From positions 24,423-88,422 of the forward strand of contig JAEZMD010000019.1 of assembly GCA_023435745.1 (NCBI GenBank): 64,000 nt of DNA. Reading direction: 5' to 3'. The position numbers and the translations under genes are program-made. Below, one piece after another: positions 19,829-29,280 of the stretch. Numbering within the stretch: the stretch's first letter is position 1; each line of letters starts with the position of its first letter. Below the pieces are notes generated by a model, which saw only the letters and a program-made list of their open reading frames with translations, made no database searches and was not told the origin of the DNA. Source of the DNA: Bacillota bacterium (GTDB taxonomy: Bacteria; Bacillota; Clostridia; Acetivibrionales; DTU013).

Positions 19829-21643
19829 TTATTTTGCCGCAGCAATCGCAGCCTCGCGGGCGGCTCTGTGCGCATCTGAAATCGTCTGATCAAAGGCGAG
19901 AACGTCGTCATAGCCAAGTCCTTTAACCGTGTCCTGCATGTCCTTCAGGAAGCTGTCAAACTCGGCCTGATTCTTTGCAAATACCATCTTCCAGGAATTT
20001 TGTACAATAATTTGCTTGCACTGAGTCCGGGCTGCGTCTATTTCAGGCGGAGACGCCGGAGGAATATATGCGTTGCCCGCTGCGACCTCGTACATATTGT
20101 GCTGCTTCAGGTAGTCAAGCGTTGTGGTTGCTTTCATAAACTCCTGCCATGACTTGTCAAGAGGAGTAACGTTTGATTCAAGGTATGAGGGCCAAAGCGA
20201 ATAATTATACGGCTCATTATTAACCGGATTGATATTCAGGGTTGATACAGCCTGGAAATTCAGCTGTGAAATACCATCCTTATATGTACCGCTTCCCCAT
20301 CCGTCCGGCATAGTAAGCTTGTCATCCCCACTAAATACTTTGATGCCAAATTCCGTCAGAACAGGTCTTCCATCCTTCATTTCCCATGTCAAGCCTTCCG
20401 GTCCGCAGGTTCCTGACGTCTGCGCACAGGAGTACATAATTCCTTCCGGAGAATACAGCCAGTCAATAAAGTCAACCATTCTCTGGGTGTCCTGAGCCTG
20501 TGAACCGACACAAATCACATATTTGTCACCAGGCTTGCAGCCATAGGAGAAAATTTTCATATCCTGCACAGGAGCATACATGAACCCTTTGCCTTCAGCT
20601 TTACGCTCAATTGTATTGTAGGCAGATTGACCAAGCCATGGCCATGGCGACCAAAGAACAGCTCCGTCCTGGTATTTCGTATACAATGTATCCCAATTCT
20701 GCGTTGATGAATCGGGATCAAGAATACCCATCTGGTTGGCCTGGAAGAAGAACTTCAAAGTTCTGACATATTCGGAATCGCTGTCAATAATACTCTGAGT
20801 TGTCTTTCCATCAGCCGAAAGGAGCTGAAATCCGTTTTCATCAAATCCATACATACAGGTAGGCTGTTTTGCCAGACACATCATGTTTCCGTCCCAATCC
20901 TTGAATAGCGAAATACCATAGGTCTTTTTACCTGAATCACTGGTTGGGAACTTTTCCTGCATCTGCTTAAGAACGGGGAGAAGATCTTCAAGTGTCTTCA
21001 TTTCCGGGCTGCCTACCGCGGCATACATGTCCCAACGGATATAAGGACCATAGGTCAGATCCAGACCCTCGGAGGGAGTGGTCGGTGAATTTGACGAAGC
21101 CTGTGAGGCAATAGCATAGATTCTGTCGGATTTGATCAAGTCCTGAATCATTTTTATTGCAGCAGGGTACTGAGTTATGTTTTCACTTGCATTGACCATG
21201 TCTGTGATATCGGTCAGAAGACCTGCCGTGATTGTATCGGCAAGCCTGCCGTTATCAGAGCCGATCATGATCAGATCGCCAAGATTCCCGGCAGCAGAGC
21301 GGGTCTGGAACAGGGTGTCTCCGCCACCTGCTACATTTGGAGCAATAATGTTCATCTCCATATTGAATTTCTTTTTAACATACTCTGCAAACCAGCCGCT
21401 TGCTATTCCCTGGTAGTTTGCCTGACTGTCAAAAACGTCGATCGTAATAAAATTTTCATAGCTTTTTTCCGCCGGCGCTGCGTTGTCATCTGTCGCAGTT
21501 TTTTCGGCCTCAGGAGCCGGAGTCGACTCGGTTGTCGACACTGCCGGTTCCTCTGTTTTGCCGCCGGCACAGCCTGCTGCCGCCATACCCAGCATACAAA
21601 CCATCAGCAGGCAGCATAAGACTCTGAATAAATTTTTTCTCAT
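19829..21643 (-). CDS. Large extracellular solute-binding lipoprotein (LplA-like), paralogue of 17838..19628
   Basis: Lipobox AAAGC, an Ala/Thr/Glu-rich linker, and a conserved [16 protein letters not shown]-terminal domain. Confidence 0.8.
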   Translation of the reverse strand: MRKNLFRVLCCLLMVCMLGMAAAGCAGGKTEEPAVSTTESTPAPEAEKTATDDNAAPAEKSYENFITIDVFDSQANYQGIASGWFAEYVKKKFNMEMNIIAPNVAGGGDTLFQTRSAAGNLGDLIMIGSDNGRLADTITAGLLTDITDMVNASENITQYPAAIKMIQDLIKSDRIYAIASQASSNSPTTPSEGLDLTYGPYIRWDMYAAVGSPEMKTLEDLLPVLKQMQEKFPTSDSGKKTYGISLFKDWDGNMMCLAKQPTCMYGFDENGFQLLSADGKTTQSIIDSDSEYVRTLKFFFQANQMGILDPDSSTQNWDTLYTKYQDGAVLWSPWPWLGQSAYNTIERKAEGKGFMYAPVQDMKIFSYGCKPGDKYVICVGSQAQDTQRMVDFIDWLYSPEGIMYSCAQTSGTCGPEGLTWEMKDGRPVLTEFGIKVFSGDDKLTMPDGWGSGTYKDGISQLNFQAVSTLNINPVNNEPYNYSLWPSYLESNVTPLDKSWQEFMKATTTLDYLKQHNMYEVAAGNAYIPPASPPEIDAARTQCKQIIVQNSWKMVFAKNQAEFDSFLKDMQDTVKGLGYDDVLAFDQTISDAHRAAREAAIAAAK

Positions 21644-21712
21644 TACTCATATCCTCCCTTTATTTCTCCTATTAAAACGGAGCGGATGATCCAACCCCGG
21701 TTAATGGCATGA

Positions 21713-22627
21713 TCAACCTTTTATTGACCCGATCATGATGCCCTTTATGAAAAACCCCTGGAACATTGGATAAACTAATAGGATCGGAATAACAACTATA
21801 ATAGAGACTGTCATCCTGACCGAGGTAGGCGTTTGCTTTGTTGCAAGCGCCAGCATTGCTTCGCTGTTCACAATCGTACTTGTTCTGATCAATTGAGCAA
21901 GCGAATTGGATTGGTTGATATATTGGTAGAGTACATATTGCAGCGAATACAGCTTTTGATCTGTTACGTAGATCAGTGTATCCTGAAAGGAATTCCATTG
22001 CCCAACTGCGGAAAATATGGCGATTGTCGCAAGAATAGGAAGTGAAAGCGGCAGCATGATCTGTATAAAAATCCTGAGAATACCCGCCCCATCAATTTCC
22101 GCAGCTTGCTGCAGAGAATCAGGTATGGATTCCAGATAGGTTTTGGCCAGAATAATGTTGAAGGGCTGCACAATAACAGGAATGATATACACCAAAAAGT
22201 TATTGGTAAGACCCAAAAGATGCATAGTGATAAAAGTCGGAATCAATCCTGCGTTGAAATACATGGTAATAACCATATAACGATACCAAAGCTTCCGTTT
22301 CCACATCCTTTTTTGTATAAACATGAAGCCGAGAAAAGCTGATGCAATAACAGTCAGTGTAGTGCCTATCGTAGTCCTGAGCAGGGAAATAATCGCTGCC
22401 TGTCCTAATCCCTTCAGCTTCAGCACCTCAACGTAGTTGCTTAAATGGATCTCTTTCGGAATAAAATTGATAAATCCGTTCTCACTCAAATTATTTGCAC
22501 TTATCGTGTTAATAATAAGGTAATAAAAAGGATAAATGCATATAAGCGTAAACAGAGCAAAAGCAGTATAGTTTAATATGTCAAATAATATGCTTCCTGT
22601 GTTCAATCTAAATCTGGCTTTTCTCAT
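21713..22627 (-). CDS. Carbohydrate ABC transporter permease (LplC-like)
   Basis: 6 TM segments. EAA-type loop AAEIDGAGILRIFIQIMLPLS. Confidence 0.85.
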   Translation of the reverse strand: MRKARFRLNTGSILFDILNYTAFALFTLICIYPFYYLIINTISANNLSENGFINFIPKEIHLSNYVEVLKLKGLGQAAIISLLRTTIGTTLTVIASAFLGFMFIQKRMWKRKLWYRYMVITMYFNAGLIPTFITMHLLGLTNNFLVYIIPVIVQPFNIILAKTYLESIPDSLQQAAEIDGAGILRIFIQIMLPLSLPILATIAIFSAVGQWNSFQDTLIYVTDQKLYSLQYVLYQYINQSNSLAQLIRTSTIVNSEAMLALATKQTPTSVRMTVSIIVVIPILLVYPMFQGFFIKGIMIGSIKG

Positions 22628-22669
22628 AAAAAAAGCACCTCCACTTTACAAATCCCCTGAGTATGTCTG

Positions 22670-23644
22670 TCAAACAATCGTCTCGCCGCGGGTCAACTTT
22701 GACAACCTGTTTACTACAAATAAGAGTACAACACTGGTAATACTTTTCAGCATACTCAGCGCGGTAGCCAAAGAATACATATTTTGTCCCTCTACACTGA
22801 TATTAAAGACATAGGAATCCAGCACCTGGATATGTTCCCTGTTGAACGCATTTTGGAACACATAGTACTGTTCCAGACCGTTATTCAAGAAGCCTGCAAC
22901 CGAAAGCAAAAGCAGAACAGAGTATGTAGGAAGCAGCCCCGGAAGCGTAATATGCCACATAAGCTTAAATCGGCCTGCACCATCGACAGTTGCGGCTTCG
23001 TATAGCTCCTGATCAATCCCCGCGATTGCGGCAAGATACATGATGGCGTTCCATCCAAGTCCTTTCCAGATACCCCACAGGCACATTTTGATCCATGTAT
23101 AATCGTCAGAATCCAGAATTTTAACAGGTTGATCAAGCAGCCCGATAGACTGGCCAAAGCTATTGAACATACCACTGCTTGAGAACAATGAAAAAGCGAC
23201 CGAGTATACTAAGACCCAGCTGATAAAGTTGGGTATTGTAGTAAATGTCTGTACAAACCTTTTAAACTTCGAAGCCTTGATTTCAGACAGGAATATGGCA
23301 AAAGTAATAGGCAGAACAGATGTAAGGATCCCAAGTCCGCTTATTGCAAATGTATTGCGCAAGATACTCATGATCTGCTTAATCTGGCCAACATTTCCGA
23401 AAATCATTTTAAACCATTTCAGTCCGACAAATTCACACTGGGATAGGCTGAGCGGCGGTCTGTAATTAAAAAATGAATACACCCAGCCGTACAATGGGAA
23501 ATATGAAAAGACAAATGTTAATATGAGAAAAGGAGATATCATTAGAAACAGCTTGACACCAGGATTAATTTTTTTTCTGGCTTTTGACACCACAACCGGT
23601 GATATCTCTGTAACGTTCTGCATTTTGACAGGCCTCCGTATCAT
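22670..23644 (-). CDS. Sugar ABC transporter permease (LplB-like)
   Basis: EAA loop EAATVDGAGRFKLMWHITLPGL. 6 TM segments. Confidence 0.85.
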   Translation of the reverse strand: MIRRPVKMQNVTEISPVVVSKARKKINPGVKLFLMISPFLILTFVFSYFPLYGWVYSFFNYRPPLSLSQCEFVGLKWFKMIFGNVGQIKQIMSILRNTFAISGLGILTSVLPITFAIFLSEIKASKFKRFVQTFTTIPNFISWVLVYSVAFSLFSSSGMFNSFGQSIGLLDQPVKILDSDDYTWIKMCLWGIWKGLGWNAIMYLAAIAGIDQELYEAATVDGAGRFKLMWHITLPGLLPTYSVLLLLSVAGFLNNGLEQYYVFQNAFNREHIQVLDSYVFNISVEGQNMYSLATALSMLKSITSVVLLFVVNRLSKLTRGETIV

Positions 23645-23729
23645 ATTGATCCATATGGCTCAATTCTAAAATACGGAGTTGCGTGTGTATATATAAAAAA
23701 CCAATTCACATTTCAAAAATCAATGCAGT

Positions 23730-25346
23730 TTACTTCCTGCCATGGCTCGACATTTCCTGATATTCTCCCGGTGTGACCCCATACCTGTCCTTAAATAAGG
23801 TACAGAAGTATGTAGTATTAGGAACTCCCACATCTTTTGCCACCTGTGAAACTTTGATTTTTGGTGATTGCAGAAGCTCTCTTGCTTTCTCCATACGGTA
23901 TTGGCAAAGATATTCGACTAATGACTTGCCGGTGCTATTTTTAAAAACGTTTCCCAGATAATTAGGAGAAAGATATATCTCAGCCGCTATTGTTTTTATA
24001 TTTATGTCAAGGTTGTACTTTTCCGTAATGATTTGCTGAACCTTCTTTATGACATATTCGACCTTGTTTGTTCTTCTGTCACGGATTATATCGAGCAGCT
24101 TTTCAAAAAAGCATGAAACATATTCCCTGATAGAAGCGATATCGTCCGGGATAAGAAAAAGGTCGCCCGAAATTGCTGCTTCCGGATCCGGAAAATTTGT
24201 GTTGTAAAAAAGGAGATGCGTCTCATTGAGCAGACTATAGAAGAAATTTTTGATCATGTTCACATCCGCCCACCTGTTGATGTCAATGAACCGGTACAAC
24301 TGCTCCAGCAGATTTGTCATACTTTCACTGTCGGCAGCCCTGAGGGCGCGCATCATCTGTTTTGTGTAATAACTGCCTTTTGTCAGGAAGTCTGCGACTT
24401 TCGACGCGCTGTTTCGTTGAATGTTCTCAAGCGCGGAATATGCAGTAACCCTTTGATCTCCCCAGAACAATCCATAGTTAAGCGCTTCCTTTGCCTGCCG
24501 GCAGGAAAGGTGTAATCCGGCAATACAATCAACTGTCGTTCCCACGCCTGCCATCGCCTCAAATCCCTTACCGGAAAGGCATCCGACAACTGCCTTCGCA
24601 CTTTTTGAAATGTCCTGCGCCATGTTTTTCCGACCTGTAATAAACAGCGTTGTGCCATCTGCATCACACACAGCAGCAATAAAGTCCATCCCGCAATTAA
24701 GAAGCTCCGGTTTCAACGCAGCATCCGGCCCATCCAGATCGATCATCATCCCCTTCTCCGGCTGACCGGATCCGTCCCGCAGATAAACGTCTGCCGCAAT
24801 AACCGTATAGTTGCCGTAATAAGGTATGAAATCAAGATCCAATATATGCTGAAGAGCTTCTTGTTTAATACCGTCCTTCAACATAGCCAGCAAAAGCTCT
24901 CTCCTGGTTACAGCTGTATTTCCGTCAATCAACTCTTCCAGCAGCCTCTTTTCCTCTTGTTTTTTCCTGTCATCTCTGCACTCCTTCACCACTTTCTCTA
25001 AAACAGTCAGCATCTCATCTTCTTCGACCGGTTTGAGGATGTAAGCATTTGCACTTATTCCAATTGCTTCCCTGGCAAGTTCGAAGTCATCATAACCCGT
25101 TAAAATGACAATTTTGACATTGGGGAGGAATTCCTGAATTTTGCTGCTCATTTTTAATCCGTTCATTCCCGGCATCTTAATATCGGTAATAATGATGTCG
25201 GGTCGGATATAACAGGCTTTTTCAACTCCTTCGATCCCGTCGCAGGCAACTTCAGGCTCTGCAATGCCAAGGCTGCTCCAGTCAAGAAAATTTTTAAGGC
25301 CTTCACGTTCCCACCTTTCATCTTCAACAATCAACATTTTCAACAT
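23730..25346 (-). CDS. Response regulator with AraC-type HTH output (YesN-like)
   Basis: Receiver motifs LIVEDE and IIITDIKMPGMNG. C-terminal AraC HTH (YLSPNYLGNVFK.., TYFCTLFKDRYGVTPGEY). Confidence 0.88.
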   Translation of the reverse strand: MLKMLIVEDERWEREGLKNFLDWSSLGIAEPEVACDGIEGVEKACYIRPDIIITDIKMPGMNGLKMSSKIQEFLPNVKIVILTGYDDFELAREAIGISANAYILKPVEEDEMLTVLEKVVKECRDDRKKQEEKRLLEELIDGNTAVTRRELLLAMLKDGIKQEALQHILDLDFIPYYGNYTVIAADVYLRDGSGQPEKGMMIDLDGPDAALKPELLNCGMDFIAAVCDADGTTLFITGRKNMAQDISKSAKAVVGCLSGKGFEAMAGVGTTVDCIAGLHLSCRQAKEALNYGLFWGDQRVTAYSALENIQRNSASKVADFLTKGSYYTKQMMRALRAADSESMTNLLEQLYRFIDINRWADVNMIKNFFYSLLNETHLLFYNTNFPDPEAAISGDLFLIPDDIASIREYVSCFFEKLLDIIRDRRTNKVEYVIKKVQQIITEKYNLDINIKTIAAEIYLSPNYLGNVFKNSTGKSLVEYLCQYRMEKARELLQSPKIKVSQVAKDVGVPNTTYFCTLFKDRYGVTPGEYQEMSSHGRK

Positions 25347-27137
25347 TCACGATTCCTCCAGCCTGATGGTAATAATAAATTGAGACCCAATACCCGGCCG
25401 ACTGAAAACTTCGAAGGAATGTCCACTGTTGTAATAGGCTTTCAGTCTCTCAATAACATTTTTGACTGCATATCCGCCGGCGGATCTTTCGACCCTTCCG
25501 GCTGTAACATCGGCGAGTGTCCGGCTGTCCATACCAACTCCATCGTCAATCACCTGTAATACCAGGCATTCCTGCTTACGTCCAACGTTTACTATCAGTG
25601 TGCCATGCGCTCGTTTAGGTTCAATTCCATGGTTCAGTGCATTTTCTACCAACGGCTGAAGAAGATTTTTCATAACCATGCATTCCATTGCATTTTCTTC
25701 AAGCCTGAAAACAACATCAAACATCTCTCCAAACCGAATTTTTTGGACATCAAGATAGGATTTTACCATATCAATTTCATCCTTCACTGTTATGGTCCTT
25801 CCGCCCTTGCTTAAAACAAGTCTGTAAAACTTAGCAAGTGAATTGGAAATACGTACTATTTCACTTGCACCGTTCCTTCTTGCAACCCATGAGATCGTTG
25901 CGAGGGTATTATACAAAAAGTGCGGGTTTATTTGTGCTTCAAGTGCTTTCAGTTCCGCATTCCGTTCCATCAACTGTATTTTATATACAGTCTCAACCAG
26001 TTCATGTATCCTGTTGATCATATGGTTAAAGTTCAAAGCAAGCTCACCAAACTCGTCCATTGCATGAACCGTAACAGACACATTCAGATTGTTTTCCTCA
26101 ACCTGTTTCATTGCCCTAACAAGCTTTTTCACACGTCTGAGCAGCACATTGGTAACTATATAAACAACAACACCCAGGAATACGGATAATACTGCGAGTA
26201 TGACGAGAAGATTTCTGAGGGAATCTCTTGCGTCACTTTCAAAATTCCCTACGGGAAATATACCGACAATACTGCACCCAATATCCTCTATCGGCGTGGT
26301 AATGACGATGGACTGAATACCAAGGAGTTCTTCTACTTTGCTCAGCGCACTGCCTGCTTCATAACTATAAAAACCAAGGTCCGTAACATTCTTATAAAAA
26401 AGAGAAGGGATATTGTTTGAAACAATTTTTCCTGTATCATCTGTCACAAAGATCTTTCCCCATTTGCTGATAACAGGGTCTCTGAGCATGTCAAACAGCA
26501 AGCTCTCTCTTACTTCTATTTCAACAAGTCCAATTTTTACTTCAGAAGCAGGAACGGGTGATAAAATCGAATTTGAATAGGAAAATACCACTTCTGATTT
26601 TTTGGACATGCCCCGAACGGCATTACCCATGGACTCATGCGCTGAAATCCAGCCGTTTTTTTGCGGCCTTGCCTGTGCTACCTCATCATACCATTGCGGC
26701 GAATCCTTTTTGCGTATGCTGTAATAGCTTCCAACCATTTCTGAGAATATTGTCTGAGGAGTGTATATTCTTATGGCATAAATCAGGCTGTTCTGCCTGT
26801 ATGCACTTTCAAGAACGGGAGAGACCTCGAACTGGTAATCGCTGAGCCTATCGTGTTCGTTTTTGTAATCATAATAGAAAACAGACTGCACTTCATCATT
26901 AGCAGTGATAATCTGCGATAGATTCTCAATCAGCGTCATTTTTTGCAGGATGCTCGAACGGGTCTGAAGCAGGTTCCTCTCCATAACCAGTTTTGCCTGT
27001 GAAATTGAATTGTCCGCTATCCTCCTGTAAAAATAGACACCAAAAAAAGCCATGGGAATTATGAGAACTAAATAATAGGCAAGTATAAACTTCCAACTGA
27101 CACTAAGGTTACTGATGAAAGCAGAGATCTTTCTCAC
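25347..27137 (-). CDS. Sensor histidine kinase (YesM-like: two TM segments, HAMP, His_kinase, HATPase_c)
   Basis: H-box region QINPHFLYNTL, N-box ENALNHG, G-box DDGVGM. Its stop abuts the RR start codon. Confidence 0.88.
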   Translation of the reverse strand: MRKISAFISNLSVSWKFILAYYLVLIIPMAFFGVYFYRRIADNSISQAKLVMERNLLQTRSSILQKMTLIENLSQIITANDEVQSVFYYDYKNEHDRLSDYQFEVSPVLESAYRQNSLIYAIRIYTPQTIFSEMVGSYYSIRKKDSPQWYDEVAQARPQKNGWISAHESMGNAVRGMSKKSEVVFSYSNSILSPVPASEVKIGLVEIEVRESLLFDMLRDPVISKWGKIFVTDDTGKIVSNNIPSLFYKNVTDLGFYSYEAGSALSKVEELLGIQSIVITTPIEDIGCSIVGIFPVGNFESDARDSLRNLLVILAVLSVFLGVVVYIVTNVLLRRVKKLVRAMKQVEENNLNVSVTVHAMDEFGELALNFNHMINRIHELVETVYKIQLMERNAELKALEAQINPHFLYNTLATISWVARRNGASEIVRISNSLAKFYRLVLSKGGRTITVKDEIDMVKSYLDVQKIRFGEMFDVVFRLEENAMECMVMKNLLQPLVENALNHGIEPKRAHGTLIVNVGRKQECLVLQVIDDGVGMDSRTLADVTAGRVERSAGGYAVKNVIERLKAYYNSGHSFEVFSRPGIGSQFIITIRLEES

Positions 27138-27280
27138 TTCTGACTCCTGTTTGACATTATCATCCTTAATTTTATTATAAGTATAACAGAATAGACAAAT
27201 GTGGACAAGAATACCAACTAATTTGAAGAGTTATCTATTTTTATAACTGATTGGACCATATAATGTAAATACCACAAAAC

Positions 27281-27316
27281 AAGCTGCATACCGGCGTCAT
27301 CGCCGGTATGCAGCTT
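27281..27316. terminator. Strong hairpin terminator after the floA operon
   Basis: Perfect 16-bp stem AAGCTGCATACCGGCG / CGCCGGTATGCAGCTT with a TCAT loop. Confidence 0.65.
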
Positions 27317-27332
27317 ATGAATGATCAAACCT

Positions 27333-27542
27333 TTACCTCCGGCCTCTTTTTAGACATTTCGGCTTTCCGAGTACTTCAGACAGCACAATAGCATTGAGCA
27401 GGCCATCATACGAGAAATCAAGGTTTAAAGCTGTGCCGGTTGATTCCTGCTCCGGCTTCACTTTTGGCGATTCATTTGACTCTATTGACATAAGCTTGTT
27501 TAAGCTGTTATTGATTACTCTTGCCGAACCTGATCGAGCCAT
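27333..27542 (-). CDS. Small hypothetical protein downstream of floA
   Basis: AGGAAAGGA SD + 8 nt + ATG at 27542 (MARSGSARVINN..). 69 aa, no recognisable motif. Confidence 0.4.
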   Translation of the reverse strand: MARSGSARVINNSLNKLMSIESNESPKVKPEQESTGTALNLDFSYDGLLNAIVLSEVLGKPKCLKRGRR

Positions 27543-27585
27543 AGCAATGTTCCTTTCCTGTTCAATTACTTTGTTCCTTTCCCGT

Positions 27586-28578
27586 TTACTTTTTTGCGCC
27601 GTCCTCAACCGCAGCAGGCTTGTTTATTTTTGCTATGGAATCCCGCATCTGTGAATCGGAAATAAGATTCTGCATGTTGTAATAATCCATGACGCCCAGC
27701 TTGCCGTTATTAAGGGCATTTGCCATAGCTTTTGGCACCTCGGCTTCGGATTCCACCACTTTTGCGCGCATTTCCTGTACCAGCGCATGCATTTCCTGTT
27801 CCTTCGCCACGGCCATAGCGCGTCTTTCTTCAGCCCTTGCCTGTGCTATATTTTTATCCGCCTCTGCCTGCAGCGTCTGGAGCTGTGCGCCAAGATTCCT
27901 GCCGACATCAACATCCGCTATGTCTATGGACAATATTTCAAAAGCAGTCCCTGCGTCCAGACCCTTGTTCAATACTGTCTGAGAAATCAGATCCGGGTTC
28001 TCAAGTACGTCCTTATGGGATAATGAACTGCCTACCGTTGTGACAATACCTTCACCGACCCTGGCAATAATAGTCGCTTCCCCGGCGCCTCCGATCAGTC
28101 TGTCAAGATTGGTTCTCACGGTGACTCTGGCTTTTACCAGAAGCTCGATCCCATCCTTTGCCATGGCTGATATATTTGGTGTTTCAATGACCTTCGGGTT
28201 CACGCTCATCTTTACGGCGTCCAATACGTCCCTGCCCGCCAGATCAATGGCCGCAGCTCTTACGAATTGAAGATTCAGTTCTGCTCTGAAGGCGGCGATA
28301 AGTGCGTTTACGACCCGGTCCACATTCCCCCCCGCCAAAAGGTGCGCTTCCAATTGGTTTACATTGACATCAAGCCCGGCCTTGGAAGCTTTAATCAGCG
28401 GCAGGATGATTTTGGATGGGCTTACTCTTCTCAGCCTCATTCCAATCAGCGTGAAAATATTTACATGAACTCCCGCTGCTGCAGCTGATATCCATAGACC
28501 CGCCGGGATAAAATTAAAAAACAGAAACAGGACCACAAGGACCACAATAATGATGAGCGAAATAAAAAATGCTTCCAT
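27586..28578 (-). CDS. floA: Flotillin-like protein FloA (UPF0365/YqfA)
   Basis: Near-collinear with B. subtilis YqfA as recalled: [59 protein letters not shown]. Confidence 0.9.
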   Translation of the reverse strand: MEAFFISLIIIVVLVVLFLFFNFIPAGLWISAAAAGVHVNIFTLIGMRLRRVSPSKIILPLIKASKAGLDVNVNQLEAHLLAGGNVDRVVNALIAAFRAELNLQFVRAAAIDLAGRDVLDAVKMSVNPKVIETPNISAMAKDGIELLVKARVTVRTNLDRLIGGAGEATIIARVGEGIVTTVGSSLSHKDVLENPDLISQTVLNKGLDAGTAFEILSIDIADVDVGRNLGAQLQTLQAEADKNIAQARAEERRAMAVAKEQEMHALVQEMRAKVVESEAEVPKAMANALNNGKLGVMDYYNMQNLISDSQMRDSIAKINKPAAVEDGAKK

Positions 28579-28636
28579 AAATAATAACCCCTTTCATCAT
28601 AAAGATAATTCATAATATTTCACACTTCTGAATACG

Positions 28637-29149
28637 CTACACGCTGGGCTTTTGTTTCACTACAATCCTGTTTCCTTCAATTTTTGTGATAATTACTGTG
28701 GAATTCTTTGGGATAAACTCGCCCTCTGAAACAACATCCAGCCTGATCCCGGTAAAGTCCGCGGAGCCTGAAGGTCTCAGGACAGTGATTGCAGTGCCCT
28801 CGCTGCCGATAGAATACGGGTCGTCTCCGGTTGAAAATCTTACATCGTCCTCCAGCGGATCACTTAAAACTAAACGTCTTGAAAGCCCGCCCCTTGATGC
28901 TGACTGCAAAATCAATGTCAGTGCCACCCCAAGTATAGCCAGAATAATAATGATCATAATAAGCGCCTGAAGAAGTGTATCCGCGCATAGGATCACACCG
29001 ACAGCCAGAAGTATTACGCCAATGATGCCCGGTACGCCAAATCCCGGGATATTCATTTCAATGATCACAAAAACAAGGCCGGCTATGACACATAGTAATG
29101 GGATCCAGTTTAGTTCGATAAACAGCAATAAAGAATCCACGCTAACCAC
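28637..29149 (-). CDS. NfeD family membrane protein (short form)
   Basis: Three TM segments plus a C-terminal OB-like soluble domain. Immediately upstream of floA, as in yqeZ-yqfA. Confidence 0.75.
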   Translation of the reverse strand: MVSVDSLLLFIELNWIPLLCVIAGLVFVIIEMNIPGFGVPGIIGVILLAVGVILCADTLLQALIMIIIILAILGVALTLILQSASRGGLSRRLVLSDPLEDDVRFSTGDDPYSIGSEGTAITVLRPSGSADFTGIRLDVVSEGEFIPKNSTVIITKIEGNRIVVKQKPSV

Positions 29150-29280
29150 CTCAATTCACACAAGCCTGTGACAGTCTATCTCAACTATATAACTATATAA
29201 CTATATATTATACTCCAATTCGGACAAAAAGGTTTACTAAAGCACAAATGATATATTTCCTGCCGATTACCTCATAGCTA

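Noticed and set aside
29193-29217. AACTATAT x3 micro-repeat upstream of nfeD.
   Set aside because: It is a short AT-rich repeat overlapping a likely -10 region (TATAAT on the minus strand). It is explained as promoter-region low complexity.
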